Assembly (NCBI GenBank): GCA_040437565.1 | Contig: JBDOQK010000013.1 | Coordinates: forward strand, 372,001 to 436,000 | Reading direction: 5' to 3' | DNA: 64,000 nt | Origin: Albugo candida | Taxonomy: Eukaryota | Shown here: one piece after another, positions 62,250 through 64,000 of the stretch | How positions within the stretch are numbered: position 1 is the first letter of the stretch | Layout: every line of letters starts with the position of its first letter | The notes under the pieces: generated by a model | What the model saw: the letters and a program-made list of their open reading frames with translations, nothing else | What the model was told of the DNA's origin: nothing | The model's database searches: none | Made by a program: the position numbers and the translations under genes

Positions 62250-63956
62250 ATGCAGCGATCGTATTTCTTATACTTCCAGCTATTCTTGCAAGCACTAGTC
62301 TTTATCTCGCACTTTGCGTCTCAAGCGGAAGCTAGCAATGACCAACGAAATTTAGCTGACGTATTTCGAGCGATTCCTCCAAACGTCCATTGTGAAGAAA
62401 TCATACACACTAACAGTGATGGCGTGTCGATCCAAGTTTGCAAGAGTGGCACTGTTAGAATGCTGCCATGGGTAATGAGAGCGCTCCGCCTTCAGCGTCT
62501 GGTCTCCTACAGGCGAGATATATGCTCGGTTCCGATCATTGGTAGCCACAATAGTGGAATTTCTATGGCTTATGTAAGTCACTGATTCTCTCACATTGAT
62601 TCTGCTCGAGTTTGACCAATGGTAATTAGGGATACGGTGCTAGCGATCATTTGATCAGCCGATTCTCGGATGTCATTGGAAAGTTCGAGACAAGCAATCA
62701 AGTAAAGTTTTTCAATTTTCCTCTACGCAACCATGCTATCTGACGATCAGAATTAGTACTTTTCTGTGTTAGATCAGCTGCAGCTTGGCGTCCGCCTGAT
62801 TGAAGTGGATATACATTACTTCAACAATCAAATTCGAGTTGCTCATTGTGGTGGCTTTACTTCGTCCACGCTCGACAGCCTTTTGAATCGCGTGAGAAAG
62901 CTTCCATTCGTTGGAAAGTTTGTGCACAGTTCGGGTATCATTGGATGTCAACCAAGCTTCAGCGGTATACCAACTAAGGACCAACAGCCCGTAGAAAATC
63001 TGCTCAGAGAGATTGCCAACTGGCTGCAGAAAAGTACAACTCAATTTGTATTCGTATATCTGGATGGCGACATGCAATTACTTGAAGAGAAAAAGGTCAA
63101 CTTACTGATTAAGCTAATCAAGGACATATTTGTCGACAGCGAGATTTTCCGCCCGTCAGATAGAGCGGTACGTTGTGACTCTGATTTATTGCTGGCAGTT
63201 CATCCTAACCTTGCTTTCGAGCAGAATACGGAAACTTGGCCTAGTACACTAGAACTACTGCAATATGGAAAGCGTGTCATGTTCTTGTCTCGATACGATT
63301 ACTCCGCACAAGATGACAGCTATCTTTTTTTCAAGGAAAATGTTTGCAATTGGACCGAGCCCTCGTTACCATTGACTGATTACCCAAATTGCTACTTCAA
63401 CAAATCTCAAGTCTTTGCAAGCAGCCTGTATGGTACAATTGACCGAGTACTAAGTAGCGAAATTCAGTATGGTCTTTTCAATTCGGATGGTCAATTTCGA
63501 CAGGAGGAGAACATTTTGGACGAAAGGAACCTTCTTGGCGTATTGAAATGTGGCGTTAACATCCCTTCGCCAGACAACATTACGCCAGTGCGAATGCAGA
63601 GCATGATCTGGACAATGGCGCGAGAAAATACTTGGAGTCCAGGGAGCTGTCTCGGTCTTGAACGGAACTCCGAATTTTGGCATCAGATCGATTGCCAGGC
63701 CATCCCTGCTAATACAGCTGCCGCTTGTCAGAGCATTAAAGATGCTCGAATATGGACAATCTCAGCACGCGCTGTGTTGTCCTTGGATGATGCATTGGAA
63801 GCATGCGCTCAAACCGAAGCGGTCGCAACGGAAAATCTGGTTGTTATGGCATTCTCGATACCAGCTACTGCATACGAAAACGTGGTTCTCATGGAAGCCT
63901 TCAAATCTTCAAGATTTGATCGTGTCATCTTCAATACGAATCTACTCAATATGTGA
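62250..63956 (+). CDS. Secreted PI-PLC-fold (PLC-like phosphodiesterase, Rv2075c-like) protein with Cys-rich C-terminal domain, 4 exons
   Basis: Signal-peptide-like MQRSYFLYFQLFLQALVFISHFASQA; IGSHNS; SNQ|YFSVLDQLQLGVRLIEVDIH...VAHC. GT-AG introns at 62574-62629, ~62702-62756 and an in-frame one at ~63168-63224. Confidence 0.88.
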
Positions 63957-64000
63957 TTACATCCGTAACATGTATCTTCTCGCATGACTTTCAATATACA

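Noticed and set aside
1-64000. CRISPR arrays, tRNA/rRNA genes, prokaryotic defence operons
   Set aside because: None seen by eye. The sequence is eukaryotic with spliceosomal introns. Small RNA genes cannot be excluded without a covariance-model scan.

Overview
Eukaryotic, intron-rich, compact genomic window. Gene families and core-promoter motifs point to an oomycete, possibly Albugo-like (inference). Bases 1-47.3 kb hold most of the genes: a TM TKL kinase, two coiled-coil genes, two tandem cytosolic HSP70s, a PX-like protein, a syntaxin-6-type SNARE, a KDM5/JARID1 demethylase, RPN9, a WRKY19-type zinc-finger repeat protein, PIN1, a twin Myb/SANT-like protein, mitochondrial RRF, a multi-exon KICS2/C12orf66 (KICSTOR) homolog, a small protein with TOR-substrate-like motifs, an LRR protein and a Cys/His-repeat + VWA protein. 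Bases 47.4-62 kb are gene-sparse. They contain a Mutator-like transposon with a 9-bp TSD, a MITE nested in a hairpin, and a pseudogene of the secreted Rv2075c-like PI-PLC-fold gene that ends the window. Seven of the nine 100-N gaps are flanked by duplicated sequence (assembly overlap or haplotypes). All family calls come from motif recognition by eye; no searches were run.
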